A stretch of 60,129 nucleotides of DNA from Hormoscilla sp. (GTDB taxonomy: Bacteria; Cyanobacteriota; Cyanobacteriia; Cyanobacteriales; Desertifilaceae), in assembly GCA_051439505.1 (NCBI GenBank), contig JBFRWI010000111.1, forward strand, positions 1-60,129. Direction: 5' to 3'. The position numbers and the translations under genes were made by a program. Below the pieces are notes generated by a model, which worked only from the letters and a program-made list of their open reading frames with translations, ran no database searches and was not told the origin of the DNA. Positions 29,032 to 39,995 of the stretch are shown here, in pieces (position 1 is the first letter of the stretch; each line of letters starts with the position of its first letter).

Positions 29032-30441
29032 ATGTTGAACTTCAATAAATTAAGGCTGAGATATTGGATTATAGCCGGATATGGAATTCCAATTTTTATC
29101 TCGATCCTGTCGGCAATAATTGTATTATTTAATGCCCACAAAGCGAAAGAGGCTGTTTTCAAACTTGATGCCAGTACTGAGATATATACAAAAATACTTC
29201 ACTTGGGAATAAATATTCAAATTACCTCAAAAACAACCAGGGGTTACCTGCTCAAAAAAAGTAATGTTTATAGAGATGCCTACCAGTTAGCTAGAACAGA
29301 GTCTAGGCAATTAGAGGAAGAGTTACAAGAGTTAATTAGAGACGATCTACAGCAAAATAATTTCAAGAATCTGATGGTTTTAGTTAACGCTCTTGATAGA
29401 AATCATCAAAATTTAATTGATAAAGTCGATCGAGGTGAGATAGCCGAAGCAGTTGCGCAATGGAAACAAGATAGCGGTCGCGAACAGTCTCAGAGGATAG
29501 CATATATGCTCAGGGAGATGCTCGAACGGGAAGATAAAGTAGTAAAAGAGAACAAACAAATTCAAGATGCGGCTTTAGAGACCCTGCTAAGTATAGTGGT
29601 AATCGTGGCGATTATATCTTTGTTGTTTTCTATTGCGACTGGTTGGTTGATTATCTCGGGAATGATCGCTAGGATGAATCAGGAAGCTAGCGCGATCGCC
29701 TCGGCGTCCATAGAGATCGCGACAACTGTAGAAGAACAGGAGCGGGTTGCTGCTCAACAGGCGGCTTCGGTGAATCAAACTACGACTACAATGGATGAAT
29801 TGAAAGCTTCTTCCCGACAATCAGCTGAACAAGCAGAAGCGGCAGCGGCGGCGGTCAGTCAGGTGTTAATGTTAGCAAGCGGATCTACAGAACAATTCGT
29901 GAGTAATGCTAGGTCTAGCTTAAAGCATAAAGCCCAGGAAACCGCCCAGCAGGTTCTGGGTTTAAGCGAACAGATCAACCAGATCTATAACTTTACTAAT
30001 GTTGTCACAGATTTAGCGAACCAAACTAATATGCTGGCTCTCAACGCTGCTGTGGAGGCGGTGCGGGCCGGGGAAGCGGGTAAGGGGTTTGGGGTGGTGG
30101 CGGCGGAAATTCGTAAATTAGCTGACCAAAGCCGCAAATCTGCCGATAAGATTAATTCTATTCTAGGAGATATTCAAAAGACGACTAATTCTACTGTTAT
30201 TGTCACTGAAGACGAGACCAAAGCAGTAGAAGAAATTGTGGCGGCGATCAACGAAATTGCTATTAATATCCAACAAATCTCTCTCAATGCTCAGCAGCAA
30301 GCTAGCGCGATCGCCCAGGTGATGACGGCGATGAATGAAATCAACTCTGGTGCCCGCGAAACTGTTAATGGCATTTCGCAAACTAAAATTGGTACTAATA
30401 ATCTCAATCAAACTGCCCAGAATCTTAAAAATATGGTTTAG
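29032..30441 (+). CDS. Methyl-accepting chemotaxis protein with CHASE3-like periplasmic domain
   Basis: Two TM helices, RGYLL, and the signalling hairpin [34 protein letters not shown]. Confidence 0.93.
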   Translation: MLNFNKLRLRYWIIAGYGIPIFISILSAIIVLFNAHKAKEAVFKLDASTEIYTKILHLGINIQITSKTTRGYLLKKSNVYRDAYQLARTESRQLEEELQELIRDDLQQNNFKNLMVLVNALDRNHQNLIDKVDRGEIAEAVAQWKQDSGREQSQRIAYMLREMLEREDKVVKENKQIQDAALETLLSIVVIVAIISLLFSIATGWLIISGMIARMNQEASAIASASIEIATTVEEQERVAAQQAASVNQTTTTMDELKASSRQSAEQAEAAAAAVSQVLMLASGSTEQFVSNARSSLKHKAQETAQQVLGLSEQINQIYNFTNVVTDLANQTNMLALNAAVEAVRAGEAGKGFGVVAAEIRKLADQSRKSADKINSILGDIQKTTNSTVIVTEDETKAVEEIVAAINEIAINIQQISLNAQQQASAIAQVMTAMNEINSGARETVNGISQTKIGTNNLNQTAQNLKNMV

Positions 30442-30609
30442 CAGATTAATTTAAGTACGTGGACATAAATATTCGATTAGTCTCATGGCCCGCCGTGGGT
30501 TCAAACCCACGGCTAATAGCTTAAGTGGGTTAAAACCCACTCTCTTGCCTTGTCGCTGAAAGGATTTAAAATATATATCTCGTTCCCTGACTCCGGCAGG
30601 GAACGTCCC

Positions 30610-30720
30610 GCGCCTTGCCAACAAGCGATCGCGTATTCCCACGGGGTTAAAACGGTGCTCAGCCTCCTGACGGATCTCTGCTGCGATCGTCTCCCGTTCC
30701 ATAAGATAAGCGTCAACTTC
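30610..30720 (-). pseudogene. C-terminal fragment of a DUF433-like antitoxin
   Basis: EVDAYLMERE...RQEAE.RFNP.GIRDRLLARR with no start of its own; family recognised from memory. Confidence 0.4.
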
Positions 30721-30970
30721 CGCTTTGTGTCTGCATTTCTTGTACGAAATCGACCATCGGGCGAGTAAGTCCAGCATTTAGTTCCTCAAAACCTTGCTGA
30801 ATGCCTGCGATAGTTTCGAGTTTGTCTATCAGTTGGCGCAGTTTAGCAGGATCTATCTTACCTGGTTCTAAAAATGTCACTAGAACCAAAGCCCGATCGC
30901 TCACCTCCTGGGGGAACTCAGTCAGTTCTATTTTACCGTTCCGATAAATGCCTGCGATCGATCTTAGCAT
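30713..30970 (-). CDS. Antitoxin (AF2212/DUF104-like N-terminus), second copy lacking its toxin
   Basis: Near-duplicate of 31648-31911 that diverges in its last codons. Confidence 0.7.
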   Translation of the reverse strand: MLRSIAGIYRNGKIELTEFPQEVSDRALVLVTFLEPGKIDPAKLRQLIDKLETIAGIQQGFEELNAGLTRPMVDFVQEMQTQSGS

Positions 30971-30984
30971 AATTTTCAAATTGA

Positions 30985-31194
30985 TTACTCTTTTGTTTCC
31001 TCTGTAGGTCGGTCAGCATAGCGCAGTGACTTTCCATATTCTAAAGCTTCCAGAAAAGTTTGCTCGTCTGAGACCGAACCAATAACATTCTCAAGCCAAT
31101 TGCTAGACGCGCCCTCAACTGGACAGGATTTGTATGGAGACCATATGGGGTAAGACTGACCGGGTTGGATGAAGTCAGTTTCTTCTTGGATCAT
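30985..31194 (-). CDS. Small hypothetical protein, probably a chimera of antitoxin fragments
   Basis: AGGAG RBS; PGQSYPIWSPY and NWLENVIGS.SDE..F.EALEYG segments. Confidence 0.5.
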   Translation of the reverse strand: MIQEETDFIQPGQSYPIWSPYKSCPVEGASSNWLENVIGSVSDEQTFLEALEYGKSLRYADRPTEETKE

Positions 31195-31322
31195 TGTTGA
31201 AAACTCCTACTTTCTCTGTTAAGTATAGTTGATCGTATTATAGCGCGATCGCCTCTTACATTTGAGAGCAAATAAAATCATTTACATGGGATTTTTGGGC
31301 AGCGCCATACACCTTAGTTTAC

Positions 31323-31664
31323 TTATCTTACATCATTTTCTAAATCTTCTATATCTTCCAGAGTTAGTGGTGCCTGGGCACTATGACGCACGTACAACAC
31401 ATAGACTGTCACATCTTCAACGGTAAAAAGAACTCGGTATACATTTTTTGATTTTCCGTAAAGTAACTGGCGGACTTCTTTAGCAAAAATCTCCTGTTCG
31501 ACTGCTAAAGCACAGCGTCGAGGCTTTGATTGCAAAGTTGCGATCGCATTCATTAAGCCTCGAAACCAACTATCTGCAAATTCTGGATTCCGCTCTCGAT
31601 ACCAGCGATATGCTTGCTCGATCTGGGCTTCTGCAATTGGGGTAATCTCAACCTGAAATATCAT
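31323..31664 (-). CDS. RelE/ParE family toxin
   Basis: FQVEITPIAE, L...PRRC, VRQLLYG and YRVLFTV....VYVLYVRHSAQ; overlaps the antitoxin stop. Confidence 0.9.
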   Translation of the reverse strand: MIFQVEITPIAEAQIEQAYRWYRERNPEFADSWFRGLMNAIATLQSKPRRCALAVEQEIFAKEVRQLLYGKSKNVYRVLFTVEDVTVYVLYVRHSAQAPLTLEDIEDLENDVR

Positions 31665-31911
31665 ACTTTTGCTGCATTTCTTGTACAAAATCTCCGAGCG
31701 GGCGAGTAAGTCCAGCATTTAGTTCCTCAAAACCTTGCTGAATGCCTGCGATAGTTTCAAGTTTGTCTATTAGTTGGCCCAGTTTAGCAGGATCTATCTT
31801 ACCTGGTTCTAAAAATGTGACTAGAACCTGAGCCCGATCGCTCACCTCATGAGGTAACTCAGTCAGTTCTATTTTTCCGTTTTGATAAATGCCTTCGATC
31901 GTTTTTAGCAT
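31648..31911 (-). CDS. Cognate antitoxin of the ParE/RelE toxin
   Basis: MLKTIEGIYQNGKIEL N-terminus and ETIAGIQQGFEE...G.TRP C-terminus; coupled to the toxin. Confidence 0.8.
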   Translation of the reverse strand: MLKTIEGIYQNGKIELTELPHEVSDRAQVLVTFLEPGKIDPAKLGQLIDKLETIAGIQQGFEELNAGLTRPLGDFVQEMQQKYDISG

Positions 31912-31915
31912 AATT

Positions 31916-32188
31916 TTAAATTTTGATTCCTTCCACTTCTCTGATTTGATTCCAATCAATGCCAGCTACCCACAAGTCTTCTTCTCCCGAGTATTCTACA
32001 ATTCCATCAACTTCTAACTTCTCACTGTATAGCGTCAGTAATTGACCGGACTGTAACTCAATCTGTTGACAGGCCAAGTCCTCGATCGTGCCGATACAGT
32101 TGAGACGCAAACGCCCTCGAATGTCAGCATTGTGAAAATCTGCAAATACTCTGGCTTTCTTCTTTCCTTCATCAAACAGAATTCGCAT
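31916..32188 (-). CDS. Chimeric ORF: PIN (DUF5615-like) toxin start fused to an unrelated hypothetical protein
   Basis: Starts MRILFDE overlapping the DUF433 stop, as expected for its partner toxin, then continues RVFADFHNAD..GRLRLNC with no PIN motifs. Confidence 0.55.
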   Translation of the reverse strand: MRILFDEGKKKARVFADFHNADIRGRLRLNCIGTIEDLACQQIELQSGQLLTLYSEKLEVDGIVEYSGEEDLWVAGIDWNQIREVEGIKI

Positions 32189-32396
32189 AAGCAGTCAGCA
32201 TTTCCTTTGCTAATTCTAGGGTGGCGATCGCCTGTTCGCGCTTGACGCTAGGAAAATGGTCTAAAAACTCATCCAGTGAATCCCCTCCTTCTAGATAATC
32301 AAGCAATGTTTTCATTGGTACCCGCGTGCCAAAGAAAACTGGTGTTCCTCCCATTATATCTGGGTCGCGATGGACTATAGGTGATGTATTCTTCAT
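32172..32396 (-). CDS. DUF433 antitoxin
   Basis: DPDIMGGTPVF.GTRVP..TLLDYL..G....EFL..FP. Confidence 0.92.
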   Translation of the reverse strand: MKNTSPIVHRDPDIMGGTPVFFGTRVPMKTLLDYLEGGDSLDEFLDHFPSVKREQAIATLELAKEMLTAYANSV

Positions 32397-32457
32397 GATA
32401 TTCTATCTTATCGGAATGGAAGTTGCCACCGATCGCTCTAACAGTCTTTACTGGAGC

Positions 32458-32539
32458 GCAGGGCGGGCAGCGCCCACCCTACTACTGTACATTACTTCGC
32501 AGCAGCAGCTTTCATTTCTTTAGCCGCTTGTTCTTTCTG
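32458..32539 (-). repeat. 82-bp direct duplicate of the thiC 3' end plus its downstream REP
   Basis: Matches 32956-33037 (last ~16 codons of thiC including the stop, plus the hairpin) with a few substitutions; offset 498 bp. Confidence 0.92.
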
Positions 32540-32577
32540 TTATCGTCAAGCTAATTTCTCCAGACTGAACGCGACGA

Positions 32578-32928
32578 TTATTTCACCCATCCTTTCCGAT
32601 AAAAAACTGGACAATTGTGGGTTACCATGAATTTCGCATTCTCGATTTCCCCCGCCTTAACGATATCGTTCCAAGCTGGCACACACACACTGCGATTGGA
32701 TGTCCCCCCCTCGGTCGGCAGACGCCATTTCTTTCGGTGCATAATCGCGCAATCTGTTTTGACCAAAGTCTCCATATTTGCAAGCTGGCCAGCTTGGCCA
32801 ATAGCTTTATATGCCTCCTTACAGCCAGGAACTGCATAGTCGGCATAGGCATTGTTGGCATAGAAGAGGGATAAACTCAACATGCACAACACGACAAACA
32901 CGATTTTCAGTTTTTTCATCATCGCCAT
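32578..32928 (-). CDS. Small secreted protein with two cysteine-bracketed internal repeats
   Basis: Signal peptide ending AYA; repeats GCKEAYKAIGQAGQLANMETLVKTDCAIMHRKKW and VCVPAWNDIVKAGEIENAKFMVTHNCPVFYRKGW; AGGAG RBS. Confidence 0.8.
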   Translation of the reverse strand: MAMMKKLKIVFVVLCMLSLSLFYANNAYADYAVPGCKEAYKAIGQAGQLANMETLVKTDCAIMHRKKWRLPTEGGTSNRSVCVPAWNDIVKAGEIENAKFMVTHNCPVFYRKGWVK

Positions 32929-32989
32929 TAGGTAATTGCTCCTATGTTTATAGTTGCAGGGCGGGCAGCGCCCACCCTACTATTATACA

Positions 32990-34484
<1,495 letters not shown>

Positions 34485-34704
34485 CGATTTGATTATTCTA
34501 CCACCCGGGGCGAATTGTGGGCAAGTAAGTAGTTCGTAGTTCTGAGCTTAATGGCTGAAATTCCCACAGTTGCAAGGGTTTGCGCCGATACTGCGCCCAT
34601 CGCTCCTTTACAATACTTTACATAGTGGCGAAAACTGATGTCAGAGCAACGGGCCCGATCGCATGATATCCTATAGAGGTAGTTTCCATCATCCAAGCTG
34701 ACCG

Positions 34705-34926
34705 ATGACAACCCTGTTAGAAATCGAAGCGGCCATCAAACAGTTGCCCGAACGGGATGTTCGCCAGTTGGCAGCATGGTTACAGACCTATTTAGACGAT
34801 CGGTGGGATCTGCAGATGCAGGACGACTTAGCATCGGGAAGATTAGATCGCCTAATTGCTAAAGCCGAAGCAGACATCGCCCCTAACCAAGTGAGAGATT
34901 TAGATGAAGTCCTTCACAGCCCTTGA
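34705..34926 (+). CDS. Small antitoxin-like protein
   Basis: LEIEAAIKQLP...WD.Q...D...GRLD.LI..A pattern; an overlapping ATG at 34904 (MKSFTAL) resembles a truncated toxin start. Confidence 0.7.
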   Translation: MTTLLEIEAAIKQLPERDVRQLAAWLQTYLDDRWDLQMQDDLASGRLDRLIAKAEADIAPNQVRDLDEVLHSP

Positions 34927-34994
34927 GATCGCGATCGCCTCCCGGCAAGTGCTATATTATCTATTATAACCCCAACCTAGGCGAAACTACCACG

Positions 34995-36125
34995 ATGAGT
35001 ACATTTGACCCAAAGGAACCCCCATCTACCCCCGATTATCCAGCGGATGAAGAACCGGTTACTCAAATTTACGATAACTTGGAAGATGATTCCGAAGATG
35101 ATGATGACATCATTCCCTCCAAGTTCTCCATCGCCGTTTCTCGGACAGATTTTGATGTCGAAGGTTTAGTTAGACGCATGAGAGAAGGGGACATATACAT
35201 TCCAGACTTTCAACGTTCCTATGTCTGGAAAATCAAACAAGCTTCGCGTTTTATCGAATCACTATTGCTGGGTCTGCCCGTTCCGGGGATATTCTTAGCC
35301 AAAGAATCAGATAACAGACTCATAGTGATTGACGGACAGCAAAGATTGCGGAGTATTCGCTATTTCTACGATGGCAAGTTTCCCGATCGTCGTCCAGCAT
35401 TTTCCCTTCAAGGAGTTCATCCGGAATTTGAGCGAGAAACCTATAATTCTCTGAAGGACGAATATCGACGGAAATTAAACAACTCGGTTTTATCTGCCAC
35501 TGTAATAGATCCACTTCAGGATAGCGACCAAAGCAGCATTTACTACATTTTTGAAAGGCTGAATACAGGAGGAACTCTGCTCAAACCCCAGGAAATTAGA
35601 GCTTGCATTTATCACGGCGAATTAAACAAGCTGTTGCATGAATTAAACAAAAATGAAGCTTGGCGTGACATCTATGGTAAAATGGATACTAATAAAAAAG
35701 ACCAAGAACTGATTCTCCGCTTTCTAGCATTTTACTTTGAAGGAAAGAACTACAAACGCAATATGAAAGAATTTATCAATCAATATATGAGCAAGAACCG
35801 CAACCTGCAAAAGCAGTCGGAAGGTGAAATTAGGAAAGCATTTATCCCGACAATTGAAATAATTCATAAAGCCCTCGGGAACAAGGCTTTCCGACTAGAG
35901 AATAGATTTGTTCCCACTATATTTGAGTCGGTTACGATCGCGATCGCCCGCCGGTTGGCGCAAGGTGATATTAAGGACATTGAGGGATTGCGAACTTGGC
36001 ATGAATTACTCGTGGAAGATGAAAATTTTAAGGCGGTATCGATGAAAATTCGCGATTTAACTAGCAAAGATAATTTCCAAAAGCGGATAAAAATTGCTGA
36101 GAGTTTGTTAACAGAGGTGGAATAG
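34995..36125 (+). CDS. DUF262 (ParB/Srx-like, GmrS-type) domain protein
   Basis: IPDFQRSYVW, SRFIESLLLGLPVP, VIDGQQRL and IFERLNTGG..L..QEIR. Confidence 0.92.
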   Translation: MSTFDPKEPPSTPDYPADEEPVTQIYDNLEDDSEDDDDIIPSKFSIAVSRTDFDVEGLVRRMREGDIYIPDFQRSYVWKIKQASRFIESLLLGLPVPGIFLAKESDNRLIVIDGQQRLRSIRYFYDGKFPDRRPAFSLQGVHPEFERETYNSLKDEYRRKLNNSVLSATVIDPLQDSDQSSIYYIFERLNTGGTLLKPQEIRACIYHGELNKLLHELNKNEAWRDIYGKMDTNKKDQELILRFLAFYFEGKNYKRNMKEFINQYMSKNRNLQKQSEGEIRKAFIPTIEIIHKALGNKAFRLENRFVPTIFESVTIAIARRLAQGDIKDIEGLRTWHELLVEDENFKAVSMKIRDLTSKDNFQKRIKIAESLLTEVE

Positions 36126-36252
36126 ATACATAGTCGATATCGTCATCTCGCCGCCGTCACCCGTTCCCAGGCAGAAGTGCTTCGCCCTGATGCAGGTGGC
36201 AATTGCTCATATCTGACTTCTCTATAGTTATCCTATCACATCAGTTGTGTTG

Positions 36253-36353
36253 CGGGGCAGGGCGTTAGCGCAGCGGCTGCGCAGCAGCTAGCATTGCCGT
36301 AGTTAAATTATTCTTTAGTATCGCCGACTGATAACGGCAATGCTTCGCCCCTA
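36253..36353. repeat. REP-like inverted pair (GGGCG..GCATT...AATGCTTCGCCCCTAC) with an inserted micro-element
   Basis: Same family at 41041-41110 (no insert) and a related one at ~39115-39175. Confidence 0.75.
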
Positions 36354-36367
36354 CAGGGAAATTTACC

Positions 36368-37858
36368 ATGATGAACAAGGTACGGGTAGAATGGGAAAAA
36401 GATACCACCCAACTGCTTATGGACTGGACCACTCCTCTGCGATCGCTCCAAGCTGATTTGATCGCACGGCTGCATTCTGATGCTGCTGTCTTGCATCACT
36501 TGACTAATCCTCAACTCAGAGGCTATTTTAGTGAAATGACGATCGTCTCTGGGGCGGAGTTGGTCCAAGTTCGCCAAAATTGCTGGTCGGTTGCTGACAG
36601 GTTGAAGCATCTTTCCGGCCAGCATATTTATGATGTCTTTATCTCTCATTTTTATGGGACAATGGGAGAATTAGTGGCTAGGAAATATTTGGATGGTTTG
36701 CTTGTTAATGTTGATAGTTATAGATTAGGAAGCGATCGCATTTTGCGGGTGAGTGTTGACAAAGGCGGCGGGTCTAGTATCCTGGTTAAAGTTAGTCACG
36801 GCCATGTGGATGCTGTGAGATGGGAATTGTCCCCACAGTCCCTCGATAAAAATACTGTTTTGCTGTGCATTTTGATTCGCGAACCAGTTACTGAAGCCCA
36901 GCATTCTTACCAGGTGGTTATGGCAGGGTTTCTCCCTGTTGATATGATTACTTTTCATCATGGGATCGCTAATATTGCCATCAAAGAACTACTCTATGCT
37001 GGGGGATTGAAATCATATTTAACATCTATCTTCGATCGGGATATTGCACCCGATCGGGTGTGGTCAAAACCAGTCGATCTCCCTAGGGAAACCCCAGTCG
37101 CCCGATCCCCCCAAACTTCCCTAAAAAAGGGGGGCGGTCTTCGCCCCCCCTTTCGCAAGGGGGGGTTGGGGGGGGATCCCAATGTGGCACCCAAACCAAA
37201 TAACTCGGAACTGCAAAAGTGGCAATGTTTGCAGACTCTGAGGGGACATGCATCTGCGGTTTTATCTGTGGCTATTAGCCCTGATGGGCAAACTATTGCT
37301 AGTGGCAGTAGTGACAATAATATTAAAATTTGGCAACTGTTGACTGGGTCACTCTTGCTGACCCTGACTGGACATGCTGATGCGGTTTTAGCTGTGGCTT
37401 TTAGCCCCGATGGTCTGTATCTTGCTAGTGGCAGTAAAGACAAAACTGTTAATATTTGGCATCTGGAAACGGGGTCTATATGGCGCAGTCTTTCCGGACA
37501 TGCTGACGCTGTTGACTCCGTCCTTTTTAGCCCAGATATGGAAACAATTTCTACTGGCGGTTGGGACGATAAGATTAAGATTTGGCATCTGGAAACGGGG
37601 GAACTTCTGCATACTCTGGACGGACATCCAAGGGTCGATCGCGCCTACGCGATCGGTCCCGACGGCGAGACTATTACCAGTAGTAGTAGCCAGAATACGA
37701 TCGAACTTTGGCATCTGAAAACGGGAAAACCGATCGGTTCTCTCCCAGGACATGCTGATGCTGTGGAGTGCGTCGCTTTCAGTGCTGATGGGCAATTTTT
37801 GGTCAGCGGTAGCAGGGATAAGACTATTAAAGTTTGGCGACGCGGCAGCAAGGACTAA
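36368..37858 (+). CDS. WD40-repeat protein with an N-terminal domain of possibly degenerate restriction-endonuclease fold
   Basis: Five C-terminal WD40 repeats; N-terminal G.MGE....YL...ILVK pattern; palindromic DNA inserted in frame at 37104-37178. Confidence 0.85.
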   Translation: MMNKVRVEWEKDTTQLLMDWTTPLRSLQADLIARLHSDAAVLHHLTNPQLRGYFSEMTIVSGAELVQVRQNCWSVADRLKHLSGQHIYDVFISHFYGTMGELVARKYLDGLLVNVDSYRLGSDRILRVSVDKGGGSSILVKVSHGHVDAVRWELSPQSLDKNTVLLCILIREPVTEAQHSYQVVMAGFLPVDMITFHHGIANIAIKELLYAGGLKSYLTSIFDRDIAPDRVWSKPVDLPRETPVARSPQTSLKKGGGLRPPFRKGGLGGDPNVAPKPNNSELQKWQCLQTLRGHASAVLSVAISPDGQTIASGSSDNNIKIWQLLTGSLLLTLTGHADAVLAVAFSPDGLYLASGSKDKTVNIWHLETGSIWRSLSGHADAVDSVLFSPDMETISTGGWDDKIKIWHLETGELLHTLDGHPRVDRAYAIGPDGETITSSSSQNTIELWHLKTGKPIGSLPGHADAVECVAFSADGQFLVSGSRDKTIKVWRRGSKD

Positions 37859-38135
37859 GTCGCCACCACCGCCCTCACCCTAAAGGGTGGGGCTACACAA
37901 ACAAAGCCCGCCTGCGCGGGCTTAATTACAAAATAATAAGATAATGCTTAAATTCATTGTCGCATTTTCTCTGTTGTCTGGACGTCTTTTGATATGATAT
38001 CATTTATCTCGTTATATCGCCGGGGGGCGAAGCATCCCATATTTGCGCCCTCACCCTAAAGGGCCCGGCTACACGAACAAAGCCCGCCTGCGCGGGCTAC
38101 ATTACAAAAGTGAGATACACCCCGCGAAGCTGATT

Positions 38136-39029
38136 ATGTCCCAAAATAATCGTAACTCTCATCCTATCTATCTGCTAGGCGCGATCGCTGGCATAATTAT
38201 TGCGATCGTTACTGTACAGACTGACCGGTAAATCAAACCTTATTCTACTCCTTCTGTTAAGAGGACAACCCAACCAACTCCTGAATCAATGAATAAGCAT
38301 ACTCAAGATCCTACTCCAACTAAACCATCTGTCATCCCCACTCCACGGGTTGACTGGGAAAAGGCGACTCTTGTCAAAACTCTCACCGGGCGTTCTTATG
38401 TCAAAACCTTCACCGGGAGTGTTTCCTTAATCTCGTCAGTTGCCTTCAGCCCCGATGGCTTAATTTTAGCCAGTGGCAGTTCTGACGGTACTATTCTTAT
38501 CTGGAGTTTGGAGACGTTCCGAGAAATCGCTACCCTCAGCGGGCATTTATCCAAAGTCCATTCCGTCGCGTTCAGCCCCGATGGCAAGACTTTAGCCAGT
38601 GGCAGTTATGACAAGACTATCAAACTCTGGAGTTTGGAAACATTCGGACAAATCTCTACCCTCACCGGGCATTTAAGCTGGGTCAATGCCATCGCGTTCA
38701 GCCCCGATGGCAAGACTTTAGCCAGTGGCAGTTATGACAAGACTATCAAACTCTGGAGTTTGGAGACATTCCGAGAAATCACTACCCTCACTGATCATTC
38801 ATACTTTGTCTTGTCTGTCGCGATCGGCCCCGATGGCAAGACTTTAGCCAGTGGCCGTGAAGACGGTACTATTCTTATCTGGAGTTTGGAGACATTCCGA
38901 GAAATCGCTACCCTCACCGGGCATTCAAACTTTGTCTGGTCTGTCGCCTTCAGCCCCGATGGCAAGACTTTAGCCAGTGGCGGTTATGACAAGACTATCA
39001 AGATTTGGCAGGCAGGGTTGAGCAAGTAA
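38136..39029 (+). pseudogene. Membrane-anchored WD40 protein interrupted by an in-frame TAA (38229-38231)
   Basis: The ATG at 38136 encodes a TM segment, and the same frame continues past the stop through a Pro/Thr linker into the WD40 ORF 38289-39029. Confidence 0.7.
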
Positions 39030-39281
39030 AAGGGAAAAGATATGCGTTGATGTCAAATTGTCAATGTTCAATTGTGAAATGTACTGTCGGATGGCGATCG
39101 ATCGCCAAGATCCTGTAGGGGCACGGCATCAAAAATTTAACGCGATCGCTCCTTCAATCTGCTATTGCCGTGCCCCGGCAAAACTGCGGGAGTTGGGCAT
39201 AGATCCAAATCCCATGTAAGATGAGTGACATCCGTTACCCTCGGATGAAATAATATAAGTAGACAACTTTTGTCAATCCCT

Positions 39282-39659
39282 ATGCCACCAAAAATAACTG
39301 ATACGGTTGCATGGCAGCAAGCAGAACTGCTGATGCAACCCACCTTACTCCGCGTCGTCGATAACATCCGCAAGCAGTTGGAAAATTCTGACTGGACTGG
39401 CACCTATGAAGATGTCCAGACTCCCATACCGGGTTATAAACTATGTTTGCAGCATAAAGACCAGCAGATCGATGTCGATATCTGGGAACTCTGCTATGAA
39501 GTCTGTTTTCTCGACTATAAAACCCATTCACAACAGGAAAGTCCCGAAGTGGCGATCGACAGTACCCTGCTTGATGAAACCGGTGATGTGGACTGGCAGC
39601 GTTTGGAGGCAAAAACTCAGGCGATAATCAGTGCCTTGTTCGCGTCCTTGCCCACATAA
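39282..39659 (+). CDS. Conserved cyanobacterial hypothetical protein
   Basis: AWQQAELLMQP..R..DNIRKQLE.S.W.G.Y and VDWQRLE.K patterns. Confidence 0.8.
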   Translation: MPPKITDTVAWQQAELLMQPTLLRVVDNIRKQLENSDWTGTYEDVQTPIPGYKLCLQHKDQQIDVDIWELCYEVCFLDYKTHSQQESPEVAIDSTLLDETGDVDWQRLEAKTQAIISALFASLPT

Positions 39660-39672
39660 GCACCTGAAAATA

Positions 39673-39790
39673 GTTCGCAATTCCTAGGTTGGGTAGAGGT
39701 ACGAAACCCAACCAGCAAGTTCGCAATTCCTAGGTTGGGTAGAGGTACGAAACCCAACCAGCAAGTTCGTAGTAAGGACTTTAGTCCTGA
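39673..39790. repeat. Two identical 46-bp REP-like units followed by a GTTCGTAGTAAGGACTTTAGTCCT hairpin
   Basis: Units start at 39673 and 39719; an inverted partner of the last hairpin lies at ~39947-39970. Confidence 0.85.
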
Positions 39791-39995
39791 GTTCGCTAAG
39801 CTGTCACGCATTTACATTGCACAGACCGAAACGCCGAAACCCTTGTCCTCAATGGCTTTCCCCTTCGCGCAGGACACGCTGCCCGGTGGCGCAGCCATAT
39901 TTTGAATTCTGAATGAGAGAATTTTGAATTGCTTAAGTCGCAGGCGAGGACTAAAGTCCTCACTACAAACCTCAGAAAAACCTGATGTTACTCTG

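Noticed and set aside
30451..30777. Intact 108-aa CDS
   Set aside because: Its N-terminus is an off-frame read of the antitoxin and its C-terminus runs through a palindromic repeat; only the middle looks like a gene fragment.
30728..31928. Diversity-generating retroelement TR/VR pair
   Set aside because: Differences between the copies are not confined to adenines, and no reverse transcriptase is present.
30490..32960. Integron cassette array
   Set aside because: No integrase, and no recurring attC-like sites between the genes.
38229..38231. Selenocysteine or pyrrolysine readthrough
   Set aside because: The stop is TAA, not TGA or TAG, and no recoding signal is evident.
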